NCBI GenBank assembly: GCA_937900945.1
Contig: CALCGG010000065.1
Span: forward strand, 1-57,504
Length of the DNA: 57,504 bases
Direction of reading: 5' to 3'
DNA from: an uncultured Sulfurimonas sp.
GTDB taxonomy: Bacteria; Campylobacterota; Campylobacteria; Campylobacterales; Sulfurimonadaceae
Within the stretch, counting starts at the first letter, position 1. Each line of letters opens with the position of its first letter. Made by a program: the position numbers and the translations under genes. Positions 9,832-20,298 of this stretch are shown piece after piece. Below the pieces are notes generated by a model that ran no database searches, was not told the DNA's origin, and saw only the letters and a list, made by a program, of their open reading frames with translations.

Positions 9832-11238
9832 TTATAACTGAACTGGTATGAAAATTTGATGATAATCGTCAAGTTTATGGTAAAGTTTTTCATTATCGGT
9901 TGAAAATAAAGAATAAAATCTTCTTGAAGTCAGCTTTTGCGTAAAAGGCAGAATATGTATAAAATTGTCTTTTTGCTTGAGTCTTCTTAGTGGATTTTCA
10001 CTCTCTTTATTCACTTTAATAGATTTTGAAAAGATAGAAGAAAGATTGTAATAATGTTCTATTACCTGCTCTTTTGCATCTTGATGTTCATTCAGATAAT
10101 TATATATTTCTATATTAAAACCCATTTGTTCTGAAATATCAAATATCGTAGAAGATATTTTCTCTAAATCTCGATTATCAGAGAGGATTAATGCAGCTTC
10201 CTTAACAGAAGAAAAAGATCTGTCAGATATTTTTAAAACAGGAACATGGGCTTCATAAAGAGTGTTTCTCATCGTGTAATCAGCAAACATGTCTTTAGAA
10301 ACGATGACAAGACCGATATGATAATATTTTATGTCATTATGAAAAGAAGTTGCTACATCAATATCATCATATTTTACATTCACAACAACATTATCTGTAC
10401 AGTATTCCTTGATAAATTCTACTATTTCTATGTTACTTGGATTTACTATCTTAATAATTAAGTTGTGCTTAAATTGCTTATGAGCAAATACTGCTCTTCT
10501 TACTAATTCTTGTATCGTAAAATGATTCACTAAATCCATATCTATATATAAATAAATATTGGACCCAAAAGGTTCAGGAAATTGTCCAAGTTCTCTTTTG
10601 ATTGCCTTATAAACTGACTTTAAAACTTCCGGCTCCCCTACTAAAAGAAGCAAATCATTTGGTTGAATCATTCTACGGCGAGATGGCATGATGAGCTTTC
10701 TGTTCCTGTAGATTGCAACTATACGCCAATTTTTCTGCTCTATAACACCAATATGGCGATAAACAAAGGAACTTCCAAATGGAACCAGAACTTCCATTAT
10801 TTCACCCTCTCCCATCCCTACATTTTGTGCAATAACCGGGACATTTGGAAGATAATCTAAAAGTCTTGATGCTAAAATTTCATTTGAGTTGATTAAAACA
10901 ACATTAGAGTCTTCATTTTCCATTTTCCATCTATTTAGGACAATAATTCTAAGCTGTTTTTTTATAGTTCTAATATTTTTAATTGTATTTTCAACATCAG
11001 CTAAACTATCCATAGCAATAAATACTTGCACAAATTCCATCTTAAGCAGGTTTGAAATTTTATATAAACTTGTTGGATCAAATTCATAAAACTTAAAACG
11101 GGTAGGATTGAAATCTTCATACTCTTTTTTCTTAATTTGAACTACATAATAAATATTTTCACTTGTGTATGTTTGTATGATTCTTTGTATAAAGTGATTA
11201 CCAACAGCACTATCACTAATAATTAGAATTTTTTTCAT
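9832..11238 (-). CDS. TrkA-C (RCK_C) domain protein, COG3400-like
   Basis: RCK_C-like segment WRIVAIYRN…IQPNDLLLLVG; typical Campylobacterota neighbour of trmA. Confidence 0.75.
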   Translation of the reverse strand: MKKILIISDSAVGNHFIQRIIQTYTSENIYYVVQIKKKEYEDFNPTRFKFYEFDPTSLYKISNLLKMEFVQVFIAMDSLADVENTIKNIRTIKKQLRIIVLNRWKMENEDSNVVLINSNEILASRLLDYLPNVPVIAQNVGMGEGEIMEVLVPFGSSFVYRHIGVIEQKNWRIVAIYRNRKLIMPSRRRMIQPNDLLLLVGEPEVLKSVYKAIKRELGQFPEPFGSNIYLYIDMDLVNHFTIQELVRRAVFAHKQFKHNLIIKIVNPSNIEIVEFIKEYCTDNVVVNVKYDDIDVATSFHNDIKYYHIGLVIVSKDMFADYTMRNTLYEAHVPVLKISDRSFSSVKEAALILSDNRDLEKISSTIFDISEQMGFNIEIYNYLNEHQDAKEQVIEHYYNLSSIFSKSIKVNKESENPLRRLKQKDNFIHILPFTQKLTSRRFYSLFSTDNEKLYHKLDDYHQIFIPVQL

Positions 11239-11254
11239 TTCATCTCATTTATTT

Positions 11255-11725
11255 TCATTTATTTTTTACTATTTGTTTTTCAATTGTATCATTTTTTTTA
11301 ATCCAAATAGCATTCGTTACCTTTTTCCATCTCTTAGCTGAAAATTCACCTGTTATTTTTATCCAATTTAATGTTTTTTGATTGGATGTAAAAAGTCTAT
11401 TCTTTTTCCACTTATCTACTATATTTTCATTGGGATAATCATAAATATCTGCATCATTTATCAAATAAAACAATGTGGCTTTAAATGTAACCGTTTCTTT
11501 CATAAATGATTTCTCATTTTGATACTTTTTTTTCATCATAAGTTTTGGGAAAGGATTATTAGCTTCGTAAACTCTATCTTTATACACGTTCTCCAAATGA
11601 AAAGTCATTTTTTCTTTGTCTGAAGTTCTTAATTTTGCAATCTCAGCAACAGTCGCTTTTGTTCTTTGTATCTCATCAGCACAAATGATTGCCGCAAAGA
11701 ACAAAACAAACCATACTAACTTCAT
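11255..11725 (-). CDS. Hypothetical exported protein, possible SH3-like C-terminus
   Basis: Signal peptide; C-terminal DADIYDYP…WIKITG…W…WIK pattern; 4-bp overlap with trmA. Confidence 0.55.
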   Translation of the reverse strand: MKLVWFVLFFAAIICADEIQRTKATVAEIAKLRTSDKEKMTFHLENVYKDRVYEANNPFPKLMMKKKYQNEKSFMKETVTFKATLFYLINDADIYDYPNENIVDKWKKNRLFTSNQKTLNWIKITGEFSAKRWKKVTNAIWIKKNDTIEKQIVKNK

Positions 11726-12837
11726 GCAGCAGTTTTTCTTAAAAGTTTAACACCCATCTCCACATGATGAGTATATGGAAATTGATCAAATAGGGCCATG
11801 TCAACAACATCATGCGTCTTAGTAAGAATAGCTAAATCCCGTACCAGGGTTTCAGGGTTGCAAGAGATATAGAGTATATTCTCATGTCTTGATGCAAATT
11901 CACATGAAGCCTCATCCATGCCGCTTCTAGGTGGATCAACGAATATAGTTTTAATGTCATAATCATCAATATTTATCTCTTTCATTCTGCGAAACTCTCT
12001 AACACCGTCAAGGGCTTGAACAAATTCTTCCACACTCATGCGTACAAATTCTATATTGTCCACATGATTTAACACCATATTGTTTTTTGCAGCAGCTATG
12101 GATGATTTTGATATCTCAGTAGCAAGAACTTTATTGAATTTTTTTGAAAAAGGTATCGTGAAGTTTCCGGCTCCGCAATACAGTTCTAGCAAATCACCAT
12201 CAATATTTGATAAATTTTTCACTGCCCATGAAATCATCTGCTCATTTACTCTCGGATTCGGCTGTGTAAAGCTATTCTCAATATGATGAAATTTATATGT
12301 CTGCTTATCTATGACCAAAGTTTCCGTAACGAAATCTTGTCCGACAATAAGCTTTTGTCTTCTACTTCTTCCTATGATATGAATACTGAGCTCTTGTGAA
12401 ATTTTACTAGCAATATCTTGCCATGAAGCATCCAATTTTCTATGGTAAAGTAAAGAAACAACTATCTCACCACTGCTAGAACTTAAAAAATCAGCTCCAA
12501 AGAGTTTAAAGCCGATATTTTCTTTTCTAAGTGCATTTAAAAGCTTTGGCATCAAAGATTCAATATGTTCATTTACTTGAGGACATTCGTCTATTAAAAC
12601 TATCCCTTTTTTATCTATATGATTCATGGCATAATGAATCTCTTCTTCTATGTGCCATATTTTAAACTCACTGCGAGAGCGATAATGTGAATCAGGAGAT
12701 TTAAAAACTGAAATTTCACCATTATAATATGGTAAAAACCTCTCCTCATTTAACGCTTTTTTATCATTTAACTGAGCTTCGTATCCATTATCATAAAGCT
12801 TACAAGCTCCGCATTCCCCAAAATATTTACAATCCAA
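11722..12837 (-). CDS. trmA: tRNA (uracil-54-C5)-methyltransferase
   Basis: YRSRSEF, FTQPN, LELYCGAGNF, VDPPRSG, YISCNP and DQFPYTHHVE; TTG start. Confidence 0.93.
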   Translation of the reverse strand: MDCKYFGECGACKLYDNGYEAQLNDKKALNEERFLPYYNGEISVFKSPDSHYRSRSEFKIWHIEEEIHYAMNHIDKKGIVLIDECPQVNEHIESLMPKLLNALRKENIGFKLFGADFLSSSSGEIVVSLLYHRKLDASWQDIASKISQELSIHIIGRSRRQKLIVGQDFVTETLVIDKQTYKFHHIENSFTQPNPRVNEQMISWAVKNLSNIDGDLLELYCGAGNFTIPFSKKFNKVLATEISKSSIAAAKNNMVLNHVDNIEFVRMSVEEFVQALDGVREFRRMKEINIDDYDIKTIFVDPPRSGMDEASCEFASRHENILYISCNPETLVRDLAILTKTHDVVDMALFDQFPYTHHVEMGVKLLRKTAA

Positions 12838-12848
12838 GTTTCAAGTCC

Positions 12849-13580
12849 TTATTTTATTGAAGCTATTAAGTTCCCTATGATTAAATTCCAGCCATCTATC
12901 AAAACAAAAACCAATATCTTAAATGGCAAGGAGATCATAACCGGCGGTAACATCATCATACCCATAGACATCAAAATAGATGCAACAACCATATCTATTA
13001 CCAAAAATGGCAAAAAGAGTAAAAAGCCTATCTCAAATGCTGTTTTAAGCTCACTAATAACAAATGCCGGAACAATAACAGACAAAGGAACATCAGCTAC
13101 AGTTTTTGGATTTTCCATCTTTCTTACTCTAAAAAAAAGTGCTAAATCTTTTTCTCTGGTATTTCTAATCATAAAATTTTTAAACGGAAGAGCTGTTTTA
13201 TCAAAAGCTTCTTCATAGCCTATCTTTTTTTCCATGTATGGCTTTATGCCGGCTTCATACGCTTTTGTACCTACCGGCTCCATGACAAAAAATGTCAAAA
13301 TCATAGCAAGCATAACCAAAAGCTGAGTAGGTGGGACTTGTTGTGTTCCGAGAGCTTGCCTTAAAAATCCAAAAACTATGACAAATCTTGTAAACGTTGT
13401 CATAACCAAAACTAAACTCGGCGCTAAAAACAGAAGTGTAAGTACTACTAAAACATTGAGAGAACTTACAAGCTGCTGTGGCGTATCCGGTGCTGATAGT
13501 GAGAAATTCATAGTAGGGATTGCGACAGCTTCTGCACCTAAAACAGATGCCGTAAAAACCAGTAATAATAATTTTAACAT
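12849..13580 (-). CDS. fliP: Flagellar export gate protein FliP
   Basis: LRQALGTQQVPP, PAFVISELKTAF and GMMMLPPVMISLPFK. Confidence 0.97.
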   Translation of the reverse strand: MLKLLLLVFTASVLGAEAVAIPTMNFSLSAPDTPQQLVSSLNVLVVLTLLFLAPSLVLVMTTFTRFVIVFGFLRQALGTQQVPPTQLLVMLAMILTFFVMEPVGTKAYEAGIKPYMEKKIGYEEAFDKTALPFKNFMIRNTREKDLALFFRVRKMENPKTVADVPLSVIVPAFVISELKTAFEIGFLLFLPFLVIDMVVASILMSMGMMMLPPVMISLPFKILVFVLIDGWNLIIGNLIASIK

Positions 13581-14356
13581 TATTGAGTAGGAGCCCTGTC
13601 AAGTATTGTTTGTTTTACTTTTGCTTCTGCTTCTGACTTTTTACCAAAAAATGCTATTTCAACTCTACGATTTTTTTCTCGTCCGGCTTTTGTTGCATTC
13701 GTTGCCAATGGTTTGTATTCTGCATATCCGGCTGCGCTCACTCTGTTTGGAGCTACACCATCTAAAAGCAACTCTTGGAGTACAGAAATAGCTCGAGCAG
13801 AAGAAAGTTCCCAATTGTCTTTAAATGGGCTGCTTTTACCTGGGCCTTGATCATCTGTATGCCCTTTAACCACTACATCCATATTGTTTGGTAATTCTTG
13901 AACAATCAAAGCTATTCTTTTTAAAAAAAGCAAAGCGTCTTCATTTTCAATAGTTGCGCTGCCCGGTTTAAACAATAAAGAAGCCGGAAGCTGAATAACA
14001 AACCCTTCTTCTCCTTCTTCTAATGTTATATTAGGTCCTTTGGCTTGCTCTATCATCTCATTTGCATCAATAACCGCTTGTGAAACTTTATTGACGGCTT
14101 CAGAAGTCTCACTTGTCGTATCCATAGGAGTTGCTTCAAGTTGACGCTGTTTTGATATTTCAGTTTTTGTTCCACCTTCTAAAACACTCATAGCTCCCGA
14201 GAGAGAACCTATGGCTTCAGAAATTTTTTTGGCATCCATACTTGACATAGAAAGCAGTAAAACGAAGAAGCATAAAAGAAGAGACATTAAATCCCCAAAA
14301 GCAGCTAGCCAGGCAGGCAGACACTCTGGGCAATCAGGACATTTATTTTTAGCCAT
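13580..14356 (-). CDS. motB: Flagellar stator protein MotB
   Basis: WLAAFGDLMSLLLCFF TM with the conserved Asp; OmpA-like GHTD, NWELSSARA and NRRV. Confidence 0.93.
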   Translation of the reverse strand: MAKNKCPDCPECLPAWLAAFGDLMSLLLCFFVLLLSMSSMDAKKISEAIGSLSGAMSVLEGGTKTEISKQRQLEATPMDTTSETSEAVNKVSQAVIDANEMIEQAKGPNITLEEGEEGFVIQLPASLLFKPGSATIENEDALLFLKRIALIVQELPNNMDVVVKGHTDDQGPGKSSPFKDNWELSSARAISVLQELLLDGVAPNRVSAAGYAEYKPLATNATKAGREKNRRVEIAFFGKKSEAEAKVKQTILDRAPTQ

Positions 14357-15120
14357 TATTCAAACTGACTCACACGATCAACAGGAGCTAGGTAACTTAA
14401 AAGTTTTGCTTCTAAAACTCTAGGTGCGTCTCCTGATTGTATAGACATAATGCCGGAAATTATCATCTCTTTAACGGTAGATTCATCGGTATCTCTAATG
14501 GATAATATATTGTATATAGGCGTGCCAAATACATTACCAATGATTGCACCATACATGGTAGTAAGCAAGGCAACTGCCATTGATGGACCAATGGCTGAGG
14601 GATCAGCCATATTTAAAAGCATCGCAACCAGACCAATCAGAGTACCAACCATACCCATAGCTCCAGCTAGTCCGGCCCATTGATTAAATATAGCTCCATG
14701 AATTTTATGCCTGTTACTTGTCTGCTCTAGTTCTATCTCTAAAAGTTCTCTGATTGTATCAGGTTCACTTCCGTCAATAGCCATAGATAAACCTTTTTTT
14801 AAAAATGCGTTCGGTTCATTGTTAACTTCAGATTCAAGTGCCAAAATACCATCTTTTCTAGCTTTTGTAGCAAATTCTACAAGTTTTTTTATAAGCTCTG
14901 CTACATTTTCTTCAGGAGGCTTGATAGCAATCATAAAAACTTTTGTGAATTTCTTCATTTGTCCCGGCTTGAAGGATATCATCAACGCGCCGATACTACC
15001 GCCAACAACAATCAGGACTGAAGGAATATCAATATATGCACCAACACCAACACCCATCGCCATAGCACCCAGAAGAAGCGCCATAATCAAAACTAGACCA
15101 ACGACCGTACCTAAATCCAT
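14356..15120 (-). CDS. motA: Flagellar stator protein MotA
   Basis: ARKDGILALE, GMVGTLIGLV and MAVALLTTMYG. Confidence 0.93.
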   Translation of the reverse strand: MDLGTVVGLVLIMALLLGAMAMGVGVGAYIDIPSVLIVVGGSIGALMISFKPGQMKKFTKVFMIAIKPPEENVAELIKKLVEFATKARKDGILALESEVNNEPNAFLKKGLSMAIDGSEPDTIRELLEIELEQTSNRHKIHGAIFNQWAGLAGAMGMVGTLIGLVAMLLNMADPSAIGPSMAVALLTTMYGAIIGNVFGTPIYNILSIRDTDESTVKEMIISGIMSIQSGDAPRVLEAKLLSYLAPVDRVSQFE

Positions 15121-15252
15121 TCATATACCTTACAGGGACATGCCCAAAATATTAGGCTTATAATACCACAAAAAATATTAGCTTAGACACTAAAAAATAG
15201 TTTTTTACTAATTTCACTTCATAAAAGTGTACAATTATGGCATCAAATTACA

Positions 15253-16662
15253 ATGGATTATAATTGCATGCTTGAACTTTTACATAAATCTCCCACGAAA
15301 AATGCATATTTCATCATTATTTTTTTAGCAGTTTTCAGTACTATTTATAATGCTTTTTTACCTCTTCATGGAGACGAAGCTTACTACTGGATGTGGAGCC
15401 GTCATCTGCAAACCGGATATTATGACCATCCGCCTATGATAGCCTACATGATTTACTTAACAAATTTTATCTCCGAATCCGAGTGGGGAGTCAGGCTTAT
15501 AAATGTCATCTCTTTAACTCTGTCTGCCTTGTATATTTTCAAACTTGCTCGTGAAATGTTTAATGAAAAAATTGCACTCAATTCAGTTATCATCTTCTCT
15601 AGTGTTATTTTGGTTCATGCCGGCTTTATCATTACAACTCCGGATTCACCTCTCATTTTATTTTGGACATTAACACTCTACTATTCCTATAAAGCAATAT
15701 TTTATGGCAAGACCAAAGACTATGCACTCAGTGGGATTTTTCTCGGGATGATGATGCTCAGTAAATATACTGCCATACTTTTTGTTTTTGTACTATTAAT
15801 ATTTATAGTGCTTAAAAAAAGAGATATTCTTACTAACATCAACTTCTATCTTTCTGTTATTTTGGCACTTATTGTTGTATCTCCAATGTTATGGTGGAAC
15901 TACCAAAATGATTGGGTTAGTTTTGCTTTTCAGTTAGGACATGGTTCCACAAAAACATTTGAAATATATCCACATCTGTTTTTTGAATTTTTCGGAGGAC
16001 AATTTGGTATATTTTCTCCAGTTTTTACGGCTGTTTTATTTTATTTTTTAGCCAAAGACAAACTCTACTTTAAAGATAACAAACTTTTTTTCCTTTCACT
16101 AAGCGTTGCAGTTGTTTTACTTTTCTTTTTTTATAAAGGTTTTTATACGAGGATGGCATTAAATTACACTGCTCCAGCTTATATTGGCGGAGCGATTTTA
16201 ACTGCTTATATTTTTGAATCATATAAACTCAAAAAAACCTTTAAAGCAGGTTTGGCAATTGCATTACTGCTAACAGTTGTAGGTCGTATAGGGTTTATGT
16301 TTTACTTAGAAGTTGTACAAGATAGAATGTATGGGAATAAAGAAGCAGTACAACTTTTACAGACACATGTAAAAGACGGAGACAGTTTTTATGGTGACCA
16401 CCTGACAATTGCTGCATATTTAAAATACTATTTAAAAGGTCATCCAGACACGGAGGTAGCCTTACCTACACGCTTTTCACAATACGACATGTGGAGACAA
16501 GAAAATTTCTTAAAAAATGGTTTAGTTCTCACAAGAGACCCTGAAGAACTTAGACTGAAAGAACTCTATAAAGATGTGAAACTCGTAGACTCTCTAACTA
16601 TAAAAAAAGGTTTAAAAAGTAAAAAAACTCTCTATATTTACAGAGTATCTAACGTAAAATAA
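15253..16662 (+). CDS. ArnT/PMT-like (GT83/GT39) lipid-linked-sugar glycosyltransferase
   Basis: DEAYY…YYDHPP, TTPD, LSKY and PMLWWN motifs; many TM helices. Confidence 0.85.
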   Translation: MDYNCMLELLHKSPTKNAYFIIIFLAVFSTIYNAFLPLHGDEAYYWMWSRHLQTGYYDHPPMIAYMIYLTNFISESEWGVRLINVISLTLSALYIFKLAREMFNEKIALNSVIIFSSVILVHAGFIITTPDSPLILFWTLTLYYSYKAIFYGKTKDYALSGIFLGMMMLSKYTAILFVFVLLIFIVLKKRDILTNINFYLSVILALIVVSPMLWWNYQNDWVSFAFQLGHGSTKTFEIYPHLFFEFFGGQFGIFSPVFTAVLFYFLAKDKLYFKDNKLFFLSLSVAVVLLFFFYKGFYTRMALNYTAPAYIGGAILTAYIFESYKLKKTFKAGLAIALLLTVVGRIGFMFYLEVVQDRMYGNKEAVQLLQTHVKDGDSFYGDHLTIAAYLKYYLKGHPDTEVALPTRFSQYDMWRQENFLKNGLVLTRDPEELRLKELYKDVKLVDSLTIKKGLKSKKTLYIYRVSNVK

Positions 16663-16679
16663 AGTATTAATTATAATTT

Positions 16680-16688
16680 TGCTAAAAT
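16680..16688 (+). promoter_or_regulatory. Extended -10 promoter element (TGcTAAAAT)
   Basis: TGn plus near-consensus -10 hexamer, 27 bp upstream of the ATG at 16716. Confidence 0.5.
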
Positions 16689-16715
16689 GACATCAATTTT
16701 AAACACGGTTAAAGA

Positions 16716-17621
16716 ATGAAAAATATTATAAAATTACTTATAACTATTGTTATGTTTTATTTTCTATTTCAATATATAGATTTTAAAAATCTCATACATA
16801 TATTATCAAAATCCCATGGCGGAACTATATTTATTGCTTTACTTTTTCAACTGGCAAGCACATTCATAGCAGCTTACAGATGGCGGCTCATCATGCAGCT
16901 TTTGGTTTTTCAAGAGCGTGTTTCATACTACGTACAAAGTTATTTCAAGGGAACATTCTTCAATCAGGTTCTTCCCAGCAGCATAGGCGGCGATGCAGTT
17001 AGAATTATAGATTTGGCTAAAAGAGGGTATGACAAAAAAGACGCTTTTTATGGTGTATTTGTTGACAGAGTGGTTGGACTTGTAGGACTTTTAGTTTTAA
17101 ATTTACTCGCAACTCTCATCTTTTTTGGTACATTTGATAATGATTTCTCGTTCTTAATTATACTTATAACCGTGGGTGGAATAAGCGGATTTACTCTTTT
17201 GTTTTATCTTGAAAAGATTACTTTTTTAAAAAATTACAAATTCTTAAATCTTTTTCACCGCTTATCAATACGACTCAATAAGCTTTATGAATCCAGAACG
17301 AAACTGCTGCTACATGTAGGGATATCCGTCGGTGTTCATCTGCTCTCTGTTTTAACACTCTATGCGCTTGCATGGAGCATAGACTTTCACTTATCATTTC
17401 AAACTTTTTTAATAGCTGTTCCTCCAGTATTTTTACTTACAATCATTCCAATTTCGCTTGCAGGCTGGGGGATTAGAGAGGGAGCCATGGTCGGTATATT
17501 TATGCTTGTCGGTGCGGATCAGACAAAAGTTTTAGCCATGTCTATACTTTACGGGCTTCTACTTATTATAAGCTCACTGCCTGGCTCTTACTATTGGATA
17601 AAAAGTAAAAGAACCACTTAA
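16716..17621 (+). CDS. Lysylphosphatidylglycerol synthase TM / flippase-like membrane protein (UPF0104)
   Basis: RW, FFNQVLPSSIGGDAVR, DRVVG and PISLAGWGIRE motifs. Confidence 0.85.
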   Translation: MKNIIKLLITIVMFYFLFQYIDFKNLIHILSKSHGGTIFIALLFQLASTFIAAYRWRLIMQLLVFQERVSYYVQSYFKGTFFNQVLPSSIGGDAVRIIDLAKRGYDKKDAFYGVFVDRVVGLVGLLVLNLLATLIFFGTFDNDFSFLIILITVGGISGFTLLFYLEKITFLKNYKFLNLFHRLSIRLNKLYESRTKLLLHVGISVGVHLLSVLTLYALAWSIDFHLSFQTFLIAVPPVFLLTIIPISLAGWGIREGAMVGIFMLVGADQTKVLAMSILYGLLLIISSLPGSYYWIKSKRTT

Positions 17622-17651
17622 TAAATACTAAAAATAAACAAGGAAAATTTT

Positions 17652-18875
17652 ATGAACGTAGATACCATGAGAAATATTGATCATTATGCAGGTGTTCCAC
17701 TTGCATTAATTGGTACTGTTATCAAAAAAACAATAGATATTTTTTCGCCAGAGGCAAAAGTTAAACCAAAAAATGTACTGCTTATTGAACTCTCAGAGAT
17801 GGGAAGTGCTATCATTGTTGACCCTGCTATGAGAAAACTCAAAGAAAATATTGAAGGTGAGCTATTTTTTGTAATTTTTTCTAAGAATAAAGTCAGCTTA
17901 CAACTCTTAGGAACGGTCAAAGAGGAAAATATCTTTACTATTGATGAGAGCGGAATCATAGAAATTGCGCAAACTTCTTTGGATTTTTTAAAATGGTGCA
18001 GAGAAAAAGAGATAGATTCAGTCATAGATTTGGAACTTTTTTCCCGTTTTACTGCGCTTTTAACAGGTGCATGCGGAGCAGTTAACCGTGTTGGTTTCCA
18101 TGCATTTCATAATGAAGGACTTTATAGAGGTGACTTTTTAACAAAAAAAGTTGCTTATAATCCTCACCAGCATATAGCAAAAAATTTCATAAGTCTTGTA
18201 GATGCACTTCTGAGCGAAAAAGAGGAACTCCCCTTTACAAAAAGAGTGATTCCTGATTCAGAAATACAAATAGCCAAAGCAGTTATCAGCGGCGAAGAGC
18301 AACTGAATGTCCAAGCTATAATAGCTGACATGTATGAAGGGTTTGACAAAGATAAAAATCCGGTTATTTTAGTAAATTCCAATGCTTCAGACTTACTTCC
18401 TCAGCGTCGTTGGGATAGAGAAAATTATGGTGATGTTATTAAAAAAATACTGGATTATAATCCTGCTGCTATTATCTTACTGACAGGCGCTCCGGCTGAA
18501 AAAGATGGAGCACAGCTTTTAGCCAGATATGTAAATGACAAAAGATGCATCAACTTTGCCGGTGCAGTCAAGTTTTTACAATTACCGACTCTTTACAGTG
18601 TTAGCAAATTCATGCTTACTAACGATTCTGGTCCTGCACACTTTGCTTCAATTACCGATATGCATACTTTTGTTATTTTTGGACCTGAAACACCTGCTCT
18701 TTATGGCTCACTTGGTCCAACTACTCCAATTTATGCAGGTATGGCTTGCAGCCCTTGTGTTAGTGCTTCAAACCATAGAAAAACACCTTGTTCAGACAAC
18801 CAATGTATAAAAATAATTACGCCTGACTGGGTATTTGACACACTAAAATTCAAACTTGATGAACTTAATTCATAA
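17652..18875 (+). CDS. GT9 (heptosyltransferase-like) glycosyltransferase
   Basis: EMGS, RRW, TNDSGPAHFA and IFGPETP; C-terminal CSPC…C…C. Confidence 0.88.
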   Translation: MNVDTMRNIDHYAGVPLALIGTVIKKTIDIFSPEAKVKPKNVLLIELSEMGSAIIVDPAMRKLKENIEGELFFVIFSKNKVSLQLLGTVKEENIFTIDESGIIEIAQTSLDFLKWCREKEIDSVIDLELFSRFTALLTGACGAVNRVGFHAFHNEGLYRGDFLTKKVAYNPHQHIAKNFISLVDALLSEKEELPFTKRVIPDSEIQIAKAVISGEEQLNVQAIIADMYEGFDKDKNPVILVNSNASDLLPQRRWDRENYGDVIKKILDYNPAAIILLTGAPAEKDGAQLLARYVNDKRCINFAGAVKFLQLPTLYSVSKFMLTNDSGPAHFASITDMHTFVIFGPETPALYGSLGPTTPIYAGMACSPCVSASNHRKTPCSDNQCIKIITPDWVFDTLKFKLDELNS

Positions 18876-20298
18876 AGAACATCATCTCTTTTTAATCTTC
18901 ATCATTGTTGTAGCCATTTTAAGGCTGACTCTAGCTCCGTTTGTCGGGCTTGGGGTGGATGAAGCTCACTATGTACTTTATGCCCTAAATCTTGACTTGA
19001 GCTACTTTGACCACCCTCCTTTGGTTGGATGGATTCAGTATATTTTTACCTCTGTATTTGGCACAAATGAATTCGGCGCACGGGTTGGAGCAATCCTCAT
19101 AGGTTTTATTACTTCTCTTTTTATCTACAAACTAATTTTCGATATCAACAAAAATCCAACTGAGGCTTTCATAACTGTTTTAGCACTTCATGCTTCATTT
19201 TTATTTAATGCTCTTTTTATCATGCTCATGCCTGATACTCTGCTTTTTTTGCTTATACTTCCTATTATTTTTACGGTTGTAAAACTAGAAGAAGAGAACT
19301 CTCTTGGGATGTGGATTTTACTCGGAATCCTTCTTGGGTTAGCAGGTCTTTCAAAATACACGGCTGTTTTATTTGTAATTCCAATAGTTTTATACTTCAT
19401 AATTAAAAAACGATATGAGCTTTTTTATACTCCGAAAATCATTCCGGCTATCTTAATAGCAATAGCCATAATATCTCCGGTAATTATCTGGAATATTCAA
19501 AATGACTGGGCAAGTTTTACTTACCAGAGTGAACATGTAGTGGGAGAGAACAGTATCAACTGGAAAGCATTTTTTAGCTCTATCGGCGCGCAAATAGGTG
19601 CGTATAATCCTTTTCTCTTCCCAGTAGCTTTTTATGGCTTGTATAAAGCTCTTCGCAGCAAAAATTCTACTCTTTTCCTAAGTGCTTTATTTGGTTTAGT
19701 CTTGATTGCATTTTTCACTTATGCATCTTTATACAAAACTGCACTTCCTCACTGGAGTGCTCTTTTTTATATGCTTTTTATCCCTGTTGGGAGTTATTAT
19801 ATTTTACAAACTTCAAAAGCATCCATAAAATATTTAAAATTTGCTATAGTTTTTGGACTTTTCATCAGTTCCATTGCATACGCTGAACTTGGCTTTAAAT
19901 TTATTCCGCTTCCAGACTATCAGTCACTGCATAGAGATATTTATGGCTGGGATTTGGTTATGAAAAAAGCAAATGAGCAGATAACTGACACTAAAACACA
20001 GGCTATTGCCGTAACAAACTGGACACTTGCTTCTCGAGCAATTTACTATAACAGAGAGTATAACTCTTCAGTTTATCTCATAGATAACAGAAAAGACCAG
20101 TTTGATATTTGGGAACAGACATCTCCGATAAAAAAAGATTTAATTGTGATAAACACACACTTTTTCAAAAAAGACATTTCAACATATATGAAGTGTGAAG
20201 AGGTTCTTCCACTTACAGAGTTTGATATAATTTTAAATAAGAACAAAGTAAATACCATAAAATTCACTACATGTAAGAATTTTCAAGGACTGAGATGA
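18856..20298 (+). CDS. Second ArnT/PMT-like (GT83/GT39) glycosyltransferase
   Basis: DEAHY…YFDHPP, MPD, LSKY and PVIIWN; paralogous to 15253..16662. Confidence 0.85.
   Translation: MMNLIHKEHHLFLIFIIVVAILRLTLAPFVGLGVDEAHYVLYALNLDLSYFDHPPLVGWIQYIFTSVFGTNEFGARVGAILIGFITSLFIYKLIFDINKNPTEAFITVLALHASFLFNALFIMLMPDTLLFLLILPIIFTVVKLEEENSLGMWILLGILLGLAGLSKYTAVLFVIPIVLYFIIKKRYELFYTPKIIPAILIAIAIISPVIIWNIQNDWASFTYQSEHVVGENSINWKAFFSSIGAQIGAYNPFLFPVAFYGLYKALRSKNSTLFLSALFGLVLIAFFTYASLYKTALPHWSALFYMLFIPVGSYYILQTSKASIKYLKFAIVFGLFISSIAYAELGFKFIPLPDYQSLHRDIYGWDLVMKKANEQITDTKTQAIAVTNWTLASRAIYYNREYNSSVYLIDNRKDQFDIWEQTSPIKKDLIVINTHFFKKDISTYMKCEEVLPLTEFDIILNKNKVNTIKFTTCKNFQGLR

Noticed and set aside
3117-15120. mog-bioV-ftsH-like-mtaB-mscS-aroB and trmA-fliP-motBA as a novel functional cluster
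   Set aside because: Largely the ordinary mixed-function gene order of Campylobacterota chromosomes.
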